Shown here: one piece after another, positions 9,249-18,747 of the stretch
Position numbering within the stretch: position 1 is the first letter of the stretch
Layout: each line of letters begins with the position of its first letter
IMG/VR virus record: IMGVR_UViG_3300006127_000002
DNA length: 64,000 nt
DNA from: an uncultured virus (IMG/VR IMGVR_UViG_3300006127_000002)
Lineage: Duplodnaviria; Heunggongvirae; Uroviricota; Caudoviricetes
Direction: 5' to 3' (one strand)
The notes under the pieces: generated by a model
Databases searched by the model: none
What the model was told of the DNA's origin: nothing
The model's input: only the letters and a program-made list of their open reading frames with translations
Program-made: the position numbers and the translations under genes

Positions 9249-9274
9249 ATAAAAAATCCCGCCGAAGCGGGATT
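9249..9274 (-). terminator. Rho-independent terminator
   Basis: Minus strand AATCCCGC-TTCG-GCGGGATT followed by a T-run, downstream of ORF 9293-9844. Confidence 0.9.
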
Positions 9275-9292
9275 AAATAACATTTGTTATTT

Positions 9293-9844
9293 TTACTTAG
9301 TGCCGAGTTTGGTAACATCGCCGCCTAATGCCTCGAAAGCTTGCACAAGTAGGTGCATTGCATCCAATGCCTTGTTGTTAGTAGTCAAGTTATCCTCCTC
9401 TGATTTGTAGATACGATTGATAATGGTATTTAACTCCTTTTTAGTAACATCGTCGATATTGACCTCGCCGCCTGATACCCTATTGTTTGGGGTAATATAA
9501 CCTGATGCGACCTTAACACGTTGCCAATATGTTGTTATCGTGGGTTTATCAAATCCCGCATTGCTCATGTCCTTTACGAATAAGTCTCGCTCCTCGTTAA
9601 TTGGTTGTTTCAGTTTGCCCTTGCGCTCGTACCATTTGAAAGCTAGTTTGTTATCAGTACCGTAAATATCGTAAAGTTCGCAAAGGATACGGGCATACGT
9701 ATTGATAACCTCGCCTGTACCTTTGGCTTTGTTAACTAGTTGAGTACGAGCTTTCGCAAGCTCCGCTTGCTTTTCGTTAAGCATAGCCATTGCGTTAGAA
9801 ACAATAACTTCAGTATCGGTAACAATGTTATTTAAGGTTTGCAT
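9293..9844 (-). CDS. Hypothetical protein, first gene of the leftward arm
   Basis: 183-aa ORF with GGAG RBS and its own terminator. Confidence 0.8.
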   Translation of the reverse strand: MQTLNNIVTDTEVIVSNAMAMLNEKQAELAKARTQLVNKAKGTGEVINTYARILCELYDIYGTDNKLAFKWYERKGKLKQPINEERDLFVKDMSNAGFDKPTITTYWQRVKVASGYITPNNRVSGGEVNIDDVTKKELNTIINRIYKSEEDNLTTNNKALDAMHLLVQAFEALGGDVTKLGTK

Positions 9845-10186
9845 GGTATAACTCCGTTAAGTAAGGTTAAGTAATGTAATGTTAAATTATGGTTTGCTTT
9901 ATCGCTTGCCATGAGTCTAGTATGCCTAAGTTAATCGAGAAAATCAGGTTTTACGTAAACTTTATAATAAATAACATTTGTTATTTTTAACCCCCCGCCC
10001 CCAAAATTTTACTTAGGAGTCCCGTAGTTCTGGCTTACTCTATAATCTGCACAACCAATATCACGCTACAAAAATACCCCCCTTGTACTAAATGAACCTT
10101 AGCCATACCCCCCATACATATTTATTACCTCCCACACCCCCCTCCCCCATATATAATTAGTTAGACCTAGCTAACCGGAGGATGCA

Positions 10187-10852
10187 ATGAACCAGATTGA
10201 AATTGATATCAAAGGGCTACCAAAGGACATGCAGACATGGGTCAATTTCGAAATAGCCACAAGCAATGCACATGACATAGGGGTCAAGCTGCTACGTAAG
10301 CAAGCTGTAAGAGTAGATGGGGTGAGATGCTCTGGTTACTTCTGCGATTCCCTGCCGGAATTAGTTGTGGCCTGTTACATGGATTCCGGCAAATGGCTAC
10401 CTATACTTGTACATGAGAGCTGCCATAGAGATCAATTCATACAGAAAGTGCCAATATGGGATCAGCAAATTATATGGAAGGACGAGGCTTATGCCCCACT
10501 TGACTTGCTGCATCAATGGCTAACTAAAGAGATAGAGCTGCCCAAAGCTAAGATTAAAGAGGTAGTCACCGCATGCGCTGCACTAGAACTAGACTGCGAG
10601 ATCAGGTCTGCTGCTAAGATCAATGAGTTCTATCTACCAATTAATAGTAAAGAATACGTACAAAAGGCAAACGCTTATGTATACTTCTACCTCGTGATGG
10701 CTCATACCCGTGCTTGGTACCCGAAAGGAAAGTCACCGTTTTATCTAGCGGATGTATGGACTAGGATGCCAACCGACTTCAACAATGACTATACGAAGTT
10801 GCCGCCTAAGTTTAAGAAGTTATTCTTAGAGAGATGCTTTAATGCCCATTAA
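10187..10852 (+). CDS. Putative zincin-like metallopeptidase
   Basis: ILVHESCH (HExxH) with downstream ELDCE; GGAGG RBS. Confidence 0.6.
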   Translation: MNQIEIDIKGLPKDMQTWVNFEIATSNAHDIGVKLLRKQAVRVDGVRCSGYFCDSLPELVVACYMDSGKWLPILVHESCHRDQFIQKVPIWDQQIIWKDEAYAPLDLLHQWLTKEIELPKAKIKEVVTACAALELDCEIRSAAKINEFYLPINSKEYVQKANAYVYFYLVMAHTRAWYPKGKSPFYLADVWTRMPTDFNNDYTKLPPKFKKLFLERCFNAH

Positions 10853-11219
10853 AGACCCGGAAGAACGTAAGCGTAAACATAAAGAATATTCAAGGAACTA
10901 CTACTTAGCTAATAAAGAGAAGGTACTCGCCGCTACGACGGCAGCTAAGAAAAAGGCGCGAGAGCAGTGGCAGGAATTCAAGGCTACACTGGCTTGCGAA
11001 AAATGCGGACAAAATCACCCCGCTACGTTGGACTTCCATCACATCGTTAGAGATAAGTCTAACAGAAAAGTACATGAGCTTCTACGTAACTGGAACATAA
11101 GCGCTGCAAAGAAAGAAATTAAGAAGTGTCAAGTGCTTTGTGCTAACTGCCACCGCATACATCACTACGATGAGCATGAAGCAATAAAGCGAGCAAAAGT
11201 TGCAAAGCGTAAAAAATAA
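10842..11219 (+). CDS. HNH endonuclease (zinc-binding), terminase-proximal
   Basis: CEKC...LDFHH...LCANCHRIHH. Confidence 0.85.
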   Translation: MPIKDPEERKRKHKEYSRNYYLANKEKVLAATTAAKKKAREQWQEFKATLACEKCGQNHPATLDFHHIVRDKSNRKVHELLRNWNISAAKKEIKKCQVLCANCHRIHHYDEHEAIKRAKVAKRKK

Positions 11220-11279
11220 TATATACTTGCACTTATCACCGTACTACTAAATACTTTAGCGGTTGCAAAAATACAACAC

Positions 11280-11870
11280 ATGATTACTATTGAGCCATCC
11301 AAAGGGCCGAAGGTTCCGTACAACACGGATGACGAGAAGCCTAAGACTTTTCAAGACGAACTTGCGGTAACAGCTAACACAGTGGACATGCTTGAAGAAT
11401 TAGGCATGACGATAGAAGCTACTCCGGAAGAACTGGAGCAGACTAAGAAATTAGTGACATCCGCTATTAGTAACCAGAAAGCATCAGCCTTGCAACAACC
11501 CACCGCTGCGTATGCGGCAAAAGAATTCCTCAAACAGTACGCCAATCAGTTGGCAATGGATGTGCATGAGACTCGTTCAGCGGTTACTGCGAAACTTATG
11601 GAGATTGCCAATTGTGGTGATCCTAAGTACGAACTCAAAGCACTCGAGCTGCTTGGTAAGCACAGCGACATCGGACTATTCACCGAGCGAAGCGAAGTTA
11701 CAGTCAACTACAAATCGTCGTCCGATCTAGAAAATGCAATCAAAGAGCGGGTTAAAAGATTGCTCAATGCAGATGTGATCGACGTTACCCCCATAAGTGA
11801 CACGCTAGAAGAAGAGTTGCGCATCGAGCTGCAACCAGATGACATCGAGGAAGAACCCGATGCAGATTGA
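11280..11870 (+). CDS. Putative terminase small subunit
   Basis: Immediately upstream of and overlapping TerL; ELKALELLGK motif; assignment largely positional. Confidence 0.55.
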   Translation: MITIEPSKGPKVPYNTDDEKPKTFQDELAVTANTVDMLEELGMTIEATPEELEQTKKLVTSAISNQKASALQQPTAAYAAKEFLKQYANQLAMDVHETRSAVTAKLMEIANCGDPKYELKALELLGKHSDIGLFTERSEVTVNYKSSSDLENAIKERVKRLLNADVIDVTPISDTLEEELRIELQPDDIEEEPDAD

Positions 11871-13392
11871 CCAGAACATAGACCTCGACAAAATACCCAG
11901 CATATTGAGTAAATTGTCAGCAGCCGAGCAAAGGCAGTTACTGGTTGAGCTAGATAAGCTAGAAGAGCTTAAGTCTAAAGAGTTATCGCAAAAGAGGTTC
12001 TTGGCATTCGTTGAGAAGGTCTGGCCGTCGTTCATAGCGGGTAGACACCATGCGAGAATGGCTGCAGCATTTGAGGAGGTGGCCAATGGCACCTGTAAGC
12101 GCCTTATTATTAATATGCCTCCTCGTCATACTAAGTCTGAGTTTGCGTCTTATCTTCTTCCAGCTTGGTTCTTGGGTAAGTTCCCGGGTAAAAAAGTTAT
12201 TCAAACGTCTCACACCGCTGAATTGGCTGTTGGTTTTGGTAGGAAAGTTAGAAACTTGGTCGATTCGGAAGTGTATAAGTCAATATTTCCGGGAGTTGGA
12301 CTACAAGCGGACTCTAAAGCTGCTGGCCGGTGGGCGACTAACGCTGGTGGAGACTACTTTGCTATCGGTGTGGGCGGTGCTGTTACGGGTAAGGGCGCAG
12401 ATATCCTCATTATTGACGACCCGCACTCAGAACAAGAAGCAACCATAGCTGAAAATAACCCAGAAGTCTACGATAAAACCTACGAGTGGTACACATCAGG
12501 CCCTCGTCAGCGTCTACAGCCGGGCGGGGCTATCGTTATAGTGATGACTCGCTGGTCAAAACGTGATTTAACAGGGCAAGTTCTCAAATCTTCGCTGGAA
12601 AGAAATGGAGAAGAGTGGAAAGTAATCGAATTTCCTGCAATTTTACCGAGTGGCAACCCACTTTGGCCTGAATTTTGGCCATTAGAACAGTTAGAAGCGC
12701 TAAGACATGAACTTCCTATAGGTAAATGGCAGGCTCAGTACCAGCAACAGCCAACTTCTGACGTAAATGCTATCGTAAAACGTGAGTGGTGGAACATTTG
12801 GGAGGGGGATGGACCCCCTTATTGTGACTTTATCATCCAATCTTGGGATACGGCGTTCCTAAAAACACAGCGAAGTGACTATTCAGCATGCACAACGTGG
12901 GGTGTTTTCTACCATGATGACGATAGGGGCGTGGCGCAAGCCAATATTATCTTATTAAATGCGTTTAAAAAGCGTATGGAGTTTCCGGAACTGAAGCAAA
13001 AAGCGATGGAGCAGTACCAACAATGGGAGCCAGATGCACTTATTGTTGAAGCGAAAGCTTCGGGTGCGCCGCTATTGTTTGAACTTAGAGCGATGGGAAT
13101 ACCGGTGCAGGATTATACTCCCAGTAAAGGCAATGATAAAATTGCCCGATTAAACTCCGTTGCGGATATGTTTGCAAGTGGATTCGTGTGGGTTCCCAAT
13201 ACACATTGGGCAGAAGAGCTTGTAGAAGAGGTGGCCTCATTCCCTTCAGGCGAGCATGATGACTTAGTTGACTCCATGACCCAAGCGTTAATGCGTTTCC
13301 GTAGAGGCGGGTTTATTCGTCTGCAGTCTGACGAACCCGAAGAGATTCGGTATTTTAAATCAAAACGCAACGCTGGGTTTTATAACGTATAG
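11860..13392 (+). CDS. terL: Terminase large subunit
   Basis: INMPPRHTKS Walker A variant, IIDDP Walker B, VMTRW coupling motif, RNase H-like nuclease QSWDTA...HDDLVD. Confidence 0.95.
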   Translation: MQIDQNIDLDKIPSILSKLSAAEQRQLLVELDKLEELKSKELSQKRFLAFVEKVWPSFIAGRHHARMAAAFEEVANGTCKRLIINMPPRHTKSEFASYLLPAWFLGKFPGKKVIQTSHTAELAVGFGRKVRNLVDSEVYKSIFPGVGLQADSKAAGRWATNAGGDYFAIGVGGAVTGKGADILIIDDPHSEQEATIAENNPEVYDKTYEWYTSGPRQRLQPGGAIVIVMTRWSKRDLTGQVLKSSLERNGEEWKVIEFPAILPSGNPLWPEFWPLEQLEALRHELPIGKWQAQYQQQPTSDVNAIVKREWWNIWEGDGPPYCDFIIQSWDTAFLKTQRSDYSACTTWGVFYHDDDRGVAQANIILLNAFKKRMEFPELKQKAMEQYQQWEPDALIVEAKASGAPLLFELRAMGIPVQDYTPSKGNDKIARLNSVADMFASGFVWVPNTHWAEELVEEVASFPSGEHDDLVDSMTQALMRFRRGGFIRLQSDEPEEIRYFKSKRNAGFYNV

Positions 13393-13400
13393 GACAGATT

Positions 13401-15974
13401 ATGGCAATCAACAAAGGATTATATCAGGCCCCACAGGGAATAGCTGCGACACAAGCAGAGCCAATTGAGATCGAAGTCGTTGATCCCGAAGCAGTACATA
13501 TTAAAGCGGGGGATATGGAGATTGATATTGAGAAAGAGGGCGATGAAGACTTTAGTCGAAATTTAGCCGAAGACCTGTCCGAATCAGAATTAATGACTAT
13601 TGGTAGTGAATTGGTAGGTTTGTTTGAAGCCGATCAGTCAGCACGTAAAGATTGGGCGGATACCTATGTCGAGGGTCTTAAATTACTAGGGCTAAAGTAT
13701 GAAGAAACTACCGAGCCTTGGGCTGGCGCTTGTGGTGTTTACCATCCTATGTTGGCAGAGGCGGTTGTCAGGTTTCAATCCGAAGCAATCATGGAAACCT
13801 TTCCTGCAATGGGTCCTGTAAAAACCCAGATTATTGGTAAAGAAACCACAGAAAAACGAGAAGCCTCTATACGTGTCAGCGACGATATGAACTACAAGCT
13901 GACCGAGCAAATGACCGAGTATCGCCCAGAGCATGAGAAGCTATTGTGGAATTTACCACTGGCAGGCTCGGCGTTTAAGAAAGTTTATTTTGATCCCAGC
14001 TTAGACAGACAAGTAGCGATGTTTGTTCCCGCAGAAGATTTTGTTGTGCCCTATGGTGCAAGTAATCTGGATACTGCGGAGCGTATGACTCACGTAATGC
14101 GCAAGACAAAGAACGAGGTAAAGAAGCTACAAGTTGCTGGGTTCTATAGAGATATTGACTTAGGTGAACCTTATGCAGTCCTTGACGATATTGAAAAACG
14201 CAAGGCAGAAGAGCAGGGCTTCACAGCGATAAATGATAATCGGTTCCGTATACTAGAGATGCACGTAGACTATGATCTTCCCGGTTACGAAGATATGGAT
14301 AAGGATGATGAACCGACAGGCGTTGCGCTACCTTACATTATTACTATTGAGAAGAGTTCAGGCCGAGTATTAGCTATTAGACGTAACTGGTACGAGGATG
14401 ATCCACTCAAGACTAAACGTGTTCACTTTGTTCATTACCAGTATGTCCCGGGGTTTGGCTTTTATGGTTACGGTCTTATTCATCTTATCGGCGGTTACGC
14501 TCGTAGTGCTACGTCCATTGTTCGGCAGTTGGTGGATGCAGGCACATTATCAAACCTTCCCGGTGGACTTAAGTCGCGTGGATTGCGTGTCAAAGGCGAT
14601 GATACCCCCATTAGCCCGGGAGAGTTTAGAGACGTAGATGTCCCAAGCGGTACGATCAAAGACAACGTGATGTTGCTCCCATACAAAGAGCCAAGCCAGA
14701 CGTTGTTCCAGTTATTTAATCAGATCGTGCAAGAAGGTCGTAGTTTCATTTCTGCTGGTGACTTACAAGTTTCTGACATGGGCGGCAACGCTCCAGTGGG
14801 TACGACGTTAGCGATACTTGAGCGAACTTTGAAGGTGATGAGCGCAATTCAAGCACGTTTGCACTACTCAATGCGCCAAGAGTTCCGTTTGCTTAAAGTC
14901 ATTATTGCCGACTACACACCAGAAGAGTATGACTATGAGCCAGTTGAAGGCCAAGCATCAGCTAAGAAATCTGACTACGATGATATTGACGTTGTGCCGG
15001 TTAGCGATCCAAATGCTAGCACGATGGCTCAAAAAATTGTTCAGTATCAAGCTGTACTGCAGTTGGCTCAGCAAGCTCCGCAACTATATAATTTACCACT
15101 CCTGCATAGGCAGATGATTGAAGTCTTGGGTGTTAAGAATGTAGAAAAATTAATACCTATGGCTATTGACCAGAAGCCAGCTGATCCAGTAACTGAAAAC
15201 CAAAACATCCTAATGATGAAGCCAGTCAAGGCATTCAGTTATCAAGATCACGAGTCACATATTGCAGTTCACATGGCAGCGATGCAAGACCCAAAAATCC
15301 TGCAATTGCTACAAAACAACCCACAAGCTCAACAGTTAGAAGCCGCCATGATGGCGCACATCAACGAGCATATCGGGTTCCAGTACCGCAAAGAGATCGA
15401 GAAGCAACTAGGCTACAACATGCCTGCGCAGAAAGAAGACGAACTTGGTGCGGAAGAAGATGTGGACTTGTCACCAGAAGTAGAAGCTCGTATGTCCCCA
15501 ATGTTGGCTCAAGCTGCACAACGTCTGCTGGCTCAAAACAAACAACAGGCCGCACAGCAACAAGCTCAACAACAGGCACAAGACCCGATCATTCAAATGC
15601 AAATGCAAGAGCTGCAACTCAAGGCTCAAGAGCAACAGCGTAAGAATCAAAAGGATCAGACCGACGCCCAAATCCAGCTTAAGAAATTGGAGATTGAAGC
15701 GCAGCGCATTCAGGCACAAAACCGGATTGCAGCAGGTACGTTGGCCGCTAATGCAGTAATTCAAAATCAAAAAACCAAGTCAGCAGATCGAATCGCTGCA
15801 GGTAAGTTGATGACGGATGCCTTACGTGACCAAATGCAGATAGACAAAGAACATAAGTTGGCTACAGGTAAAGGTCTGATGGACGTTGCTAAGACAGCTA
15901 TGCAGCAGGAACATCAATTGAACATTCAAAAACAATCAGTGAATGTTAAAAAACCAAAGAAGGAAACTAAATGA
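13401..15974 (+). CDS. Portal protein (P22-like, long Gln-rich C-terminal coiled coil)
   Basis: 857 aa directly after TerL; GSAFKKVYFD and GFYGYGL motifs; Q-rich helical tail. Confidence 0.88.
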   Translation: MAINKGLYQAPQGIAATQAEPIEIEVVDPEAVHIKAGDMEIDIEKEGDEDFSRNLAEDLSESELMTIGSELVGLFEADQSARKDWADTYVEGLKLLGLKYEETTEPWAGACGVYHPMLAEAVVRFQSEAIMETFPAMGPVKTQIIGKETTEKREASIRVSDDMNYKLTEQMTEYRPEHEKLLWNLPLAGSAFKKVYFDPSLDRQVAMFVPAEDFVVPYGASNLDTAERMTHVMRKTKNEVKKLQVAGFYRDIDLGEPYAVLDDIEKRKAEEQGFTAINDNRFRILEMHVDYDLPGYEDMDKDDEPTGVALPYIITIEKSSGRVLAIRRNWYEDDPLKTKRVHFVHYQYVPGFGFYGYGLIHLIGGYARSATSIVRQLVDAGTLSNLPGGLKSRGLRVKGDDTPISPGEFRDVDVPSGTIKDNVMLLPYKEPSQTLFQLFNQIVQEGRSFISAGDLQVSDMGGNAPVGTTLAILERTLKVMSAIQARLHYSMRQEFRLLKVIIADYTPEEYDYEPVEGQASAKKSDYDDIDVVPVSDPNASTMAQKIVQYQAVLQLAQQAPQLYNLPLLHRQMIEVLGVKNVEKLIPMAIDQKPADPVTENQNILMMKPVKAFSYQDHESHIAVHMAAMQDPKILQLLQNNPQAQQLEAAMMAHINEHIGFQYRKEIEKQLGYNMPAQKEDELGAEEDVDLSPEVEARMSPMLAQAAQRLLAQNKQQAAQQQAQQQAQDPIIQMQMQELQLKAQEQQRKNQKDQTDAQIQLKKLEIEAQRIQAQNRIAAGTLAANAVIQNQKTKSADRIAAGKLMTDALRDQMQIDKEHKLATGKGLMDVAKTAMQQEHQLNIQKQSVNVKKPKKETK

Positions 15975-16159
15975 CCGAATACGAATATCTTCGTTTCGAG
16001 CTAAAGAAAGAAGTGGATAACAAATCCGAATTCATTGCCGCAGGCAATTGCCAAAGTTTTGACGAGTATAAGCATGTAACAGGGGTTATCCGTGGTCTTG
16101 CCCTTGCTATTGATTTAATCAAAGACCGCGAGCAAAAACTAGAGGACGATAATGGCTGA
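15971..16159 (+). CDS. Small conserved head-module protein
   Basis: Overlaps the portal stop; EYKHVTGVIRGL motif. Confidence 0.7.
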   Translation: MTEYEYLRFELKKEVDNKSEFIAAGNCQSFDEYKHVTGVIRGLALAIDLIKDREQKLEDDNG

Positions 16160-16553
16160 GCTATTAATTAGTGACGCAATGGGTAATATTTCTCAATTGC
16201 CTGAAAAGCAAGAACAGAAAGCAACACAGTTACCCAAACCCGCTGGATATCATATTTTATGTATGGTTCCGGCAGCAGACAACGAATACGAAAGCGGACT
16301 TGTGAAGGCAGAAATGTCTAAGCATTACGAAGAAGTATTGTCCCCTGTCTTATTTGTTGTTTCCATTGGCCCCGATGCTTACGTAGATAAAGAGCGCTTC
16401 CCAAGCGGTCCGCTATGTAAAGAAGGTGACTTCGTTTTAATCCGCCCTAACTCAGGATCACGCATTAAGATTCACGGTCAGGAATTCAGGATTATTAACG
16501 ATGACTCCGTAGAGGCCGTAGTGCAAGACCCTCGCGGCATTAGCCGTGCATAA
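16152..16553 (+). CDS. groES: GroES-like co-chaperonin
   Basis: LPKPAGYHIL..ESGL..VVSIGPDAY..KEGDFVL..SGSRIKIHGQEFRIINDDSVEAVV follows the Cpn10 pattern. Confidence 0.8.
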   Translation: MAELLISDAMGNISQLPEKQEQKATQLPKPAGYHILCMVPAADNEYESGLVKAEMSKHYEEVLSPVLFVVSIGPDAYVDKERFPSGPLCKEGDFVLIRPNSGSRIKIHGQEFRIINDDSVEAVVQDPRGISRA

Positions 16554-16563
16554 GGAGCAATAA

Positions 16564-17607
16564 ATGGCAACAGAAGAATACGTAGCCGTCTATGACGGTA
16601 AAGGTGGTATGGTTCCAGCCGGTGCCCAGCCTGATACGTTTGAGTTTCCAGATGAAGTTGAAACTAAGCAGGAAAAGCAAGATGCAAAACCTGCGGTGAT
16701 TGAAAACGAGTCTGAGTTAGACATTGAGATTGTTGACGATACACCAGAGAAAGACCGTGGGCGCAAACCTATGGCGACACCTCCGGAGCCTGTAACGGAC
16801 GACGAGCTTGAGTCTTATGACGAGAAAGTTCAAAAGCGTATCAAGAAGTTGGGTAAAGGCTACCACGATGAACGTCGTGCGAAAGAAGAAGCCCAGCGCA
16901 TGCGTGATGAAGCAATCCGTGCTGCTAAAGTACTAGCTGATGAGTTGAAAAAAACTCAAGAACAGCTACACGAAGGCAGTAAGATTTTCATCGAGCAAGG
17001 CAAGAACGGCGCAGATATTGAACTAGCTGCAGCTAAAAAAGCGTTTAAAGAAGCCTACGATAGTGGTGACGGTGAAGCCCTTGCCGAAGCCCAACAACGT
17101 ATGGCGGAAGCAGCGCTTAAGGTTGATAAAGTTAAAAACCTACGACCTATTGAAGTAAAAGAAGTACCTGTTCAAGTACCTGAGTACACTCCAGAGCCAC
17201 AACAAGACCCAAAACTGGGTAAGTGGTTGGAAGAAAACTCTTGGTATGGTGGCGAAACTCCTGAAGAAGATGAGATGACTGGGCTTGCAATTACCATTCA
17301 TAATCGCCTTGCAAGGGAGTTTGGCGACAAATATGTAGGTTCGGATGAGTACTATGAAAAAATTAGTAGTACAATCCAAAAAAGATTCCCCGATTATTTC
17401 GGGAGCCAAGAAGAAACACCACCGGTAGAGACTAAACCTCAACGCCGCGCAAAGCCTGCAGCTAATGTAGTAGCACCTGCTACTCGTTCTACAGCACCAA
17501 AGAAAGTTCAATTGACTCCAACACAGGTGCAAATTGCAAAACGCCTAGGAGTACCACTTGAGCTTTACGCCCGCAAGGTTGCCGAACAAATTAATGGAGA
17601 AAGATAA
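16564..17607 (+). CDS. Capsid scaffolding protein
   Basis: Acidic N-terminus, coiled coil, C-terminal LTPTQVQIAKRLGVPLELYA; lies between portal and capsid genes. Confidence 0.75.
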   Translation: MATEEYVAVYDGKGGMVPAGAQPDTFEFPDEVETKQEKQDAKPAVIENESELDIEIVDDTPEKDRGRKPMATPPEPVTDDELESYDEKVQKRIKKLGKGYHDERRAKEEAQRMRDEAIRAAKVLADELKKTQEQLHEGSKIFIEQGKNGADIELAAAKKAFKEAYDSGDGEALAEAQQRMAEAALKVDKVKNLRPIEVKEVPVQVPEYTPEPQQDPKLGKWLEENSWYGGETPEEDEMTGLAITIHNRLAREFGDKYVGSDEYYEKISSTIQKRFPDYFGSQEETPPVETKPQRRAKPAANVVAPATRSTAPKKVQLTPTQVQIAKRLGVPLELYARKVAEQINGER

Positions 17608-18053
17608 TGGTTAAGCCTAACCGTGATTTAGATTTACGTGAACTAGAAGCCCGTCCCGTGAACACTTGGGCACCGCCCGAGACACTGCCAATGCCTAATC
17701 CTAGAGAAGGCTGGGTTCATAGATACGTACGTTTTTCTACTATGGGCGAAGCTGATCCAATGAATCTTTCTGGACGGCGTAGGGAGGGGTTTGAACCTGT
17801 AAAGGCAGAAGACTATCCTGAGCTTATGACCCACGCGGCCATCGATGGCCAGTTTAAAGGTTCAATTGAAGTTGGTGGTTTAGTACTTTGCCGAGCGCCA
17901 AAAGAGATGATGGAACAACGTGCTGCTTTTTATGAGCGCATGTCTACTTCTCAGATGGAATCGGTAGATAACAACTTTTTCCGTGATGAGGACCCACGTA
18001 TGAAACTGTTCAAAGAACGGTCTACCAAAGTCACTTTCGGAAAGGGTAAATAA
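17607..18053 (+). CDS. Conserved head-module protein
   Basis: WAPPETLP..GWVHRYVR..REGFEPV..IEVGGLVLC; position in the head operon. Confidence 0.7.
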   Translation: MVKPNRDLDLRELEARPVNTWAPPETLPMPNPREGWVHRYVRFSTMGEADPMNLSGRRREGFEPVKAEDYPELMTHAAIDGQFKGSIEVGGLVLCRAPKEMMEQRAAFYERMSTSQMESVDNNFFRDEDPRMKLFKERSTKVTFGKGK

Positions 18054-18076
18054 AAATTCTCTTTCGGAGGTCTTAA

Positions 18077-18733
18077 ATGGCTACAGTATCCAGCCCCTAT
18101 GGGCTAAAGCCGATTAACCTGATCGGCGGTCAAGCATTTAACGGCGGTGTTATCCGCGAAATTTTGCTGACCACAAACAACACCGCTCCTATCGGTTTCG
18201 GTGACTTAGTTCAACTCGGTGCCTCAGTTGCAGGTCAACCTACTGTTGTAACGTCTACTCCTACCACTTCTACTGCCGGTATCGTCGGTGTGTGCGTTGG
18301 CGTCCGTTATCAGTTGGCTGGTCAACAGCTTGGCTATCCTTTGTATGCTCAGTATCTACCTGCTAACGCAGTAACCGCTGGCTACACCAACATCTACATT
18401 CGTGTGATGGATGATCCAGATGCACTGTTCCAAGTGCAATCGCTTGGTTCGATTACCGTTGCTTCTATCGGTAAGACCATTGCTCTGGCCAACTTCACGG
18501 CTGGTACGGGTTCGACGACTGTTAACACCACGACTGGTAACTCGGTTGTTGCGTTGGCTTCTTCGGCTGCTAACACCAGTGCCTTGGCATGTAAGATCGT
18601 TGACTTGGTTAACGCCAACTCTTCGTTCGGTGGCAACTTCCCATCCAACCCCGGTGATGCGTATACGGATTGTATCGTCAAGTTAAACTTTGGCGTTCAC
18701 TCGTACTACCAGTCAGCTGGTACCTCTAACTAA
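18077..18733 (+). CDS. Putative capsid decoration / minor head protein
   Basis: Beta-rich, contains DDPD motif, codon usage resembles the capsid gene; directly upstream of MCP. Confidence 0.6.
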   Translation: MATVSSPYGLKPINLIGGQAFNGGVIREILLTTNNTAPIGFGDLVQLGASVAGQPTVVTSTPTTSTAGIVGVCVGVRYQLAGQQLGYPLYAQYLPANAVTAGYTNIYIRVMDDPDALFQVQSLGSITVASIGKTIALANFTAGTGSTTVNTTTGNSVVALASSAANTSALACKIVDLVNANSSFGGNFPSNPGDAYTDCIVKLNFGVHSYYQSAGTSN

Positions 18734-18747
18734 TAAGGAGCTAGAAA

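Noticed and set aside
8781..9290. CRISPR-like array or attP site
   Set aside because: Repeats are short and irregularly spaced with no unique spacers; no integrase recognised.
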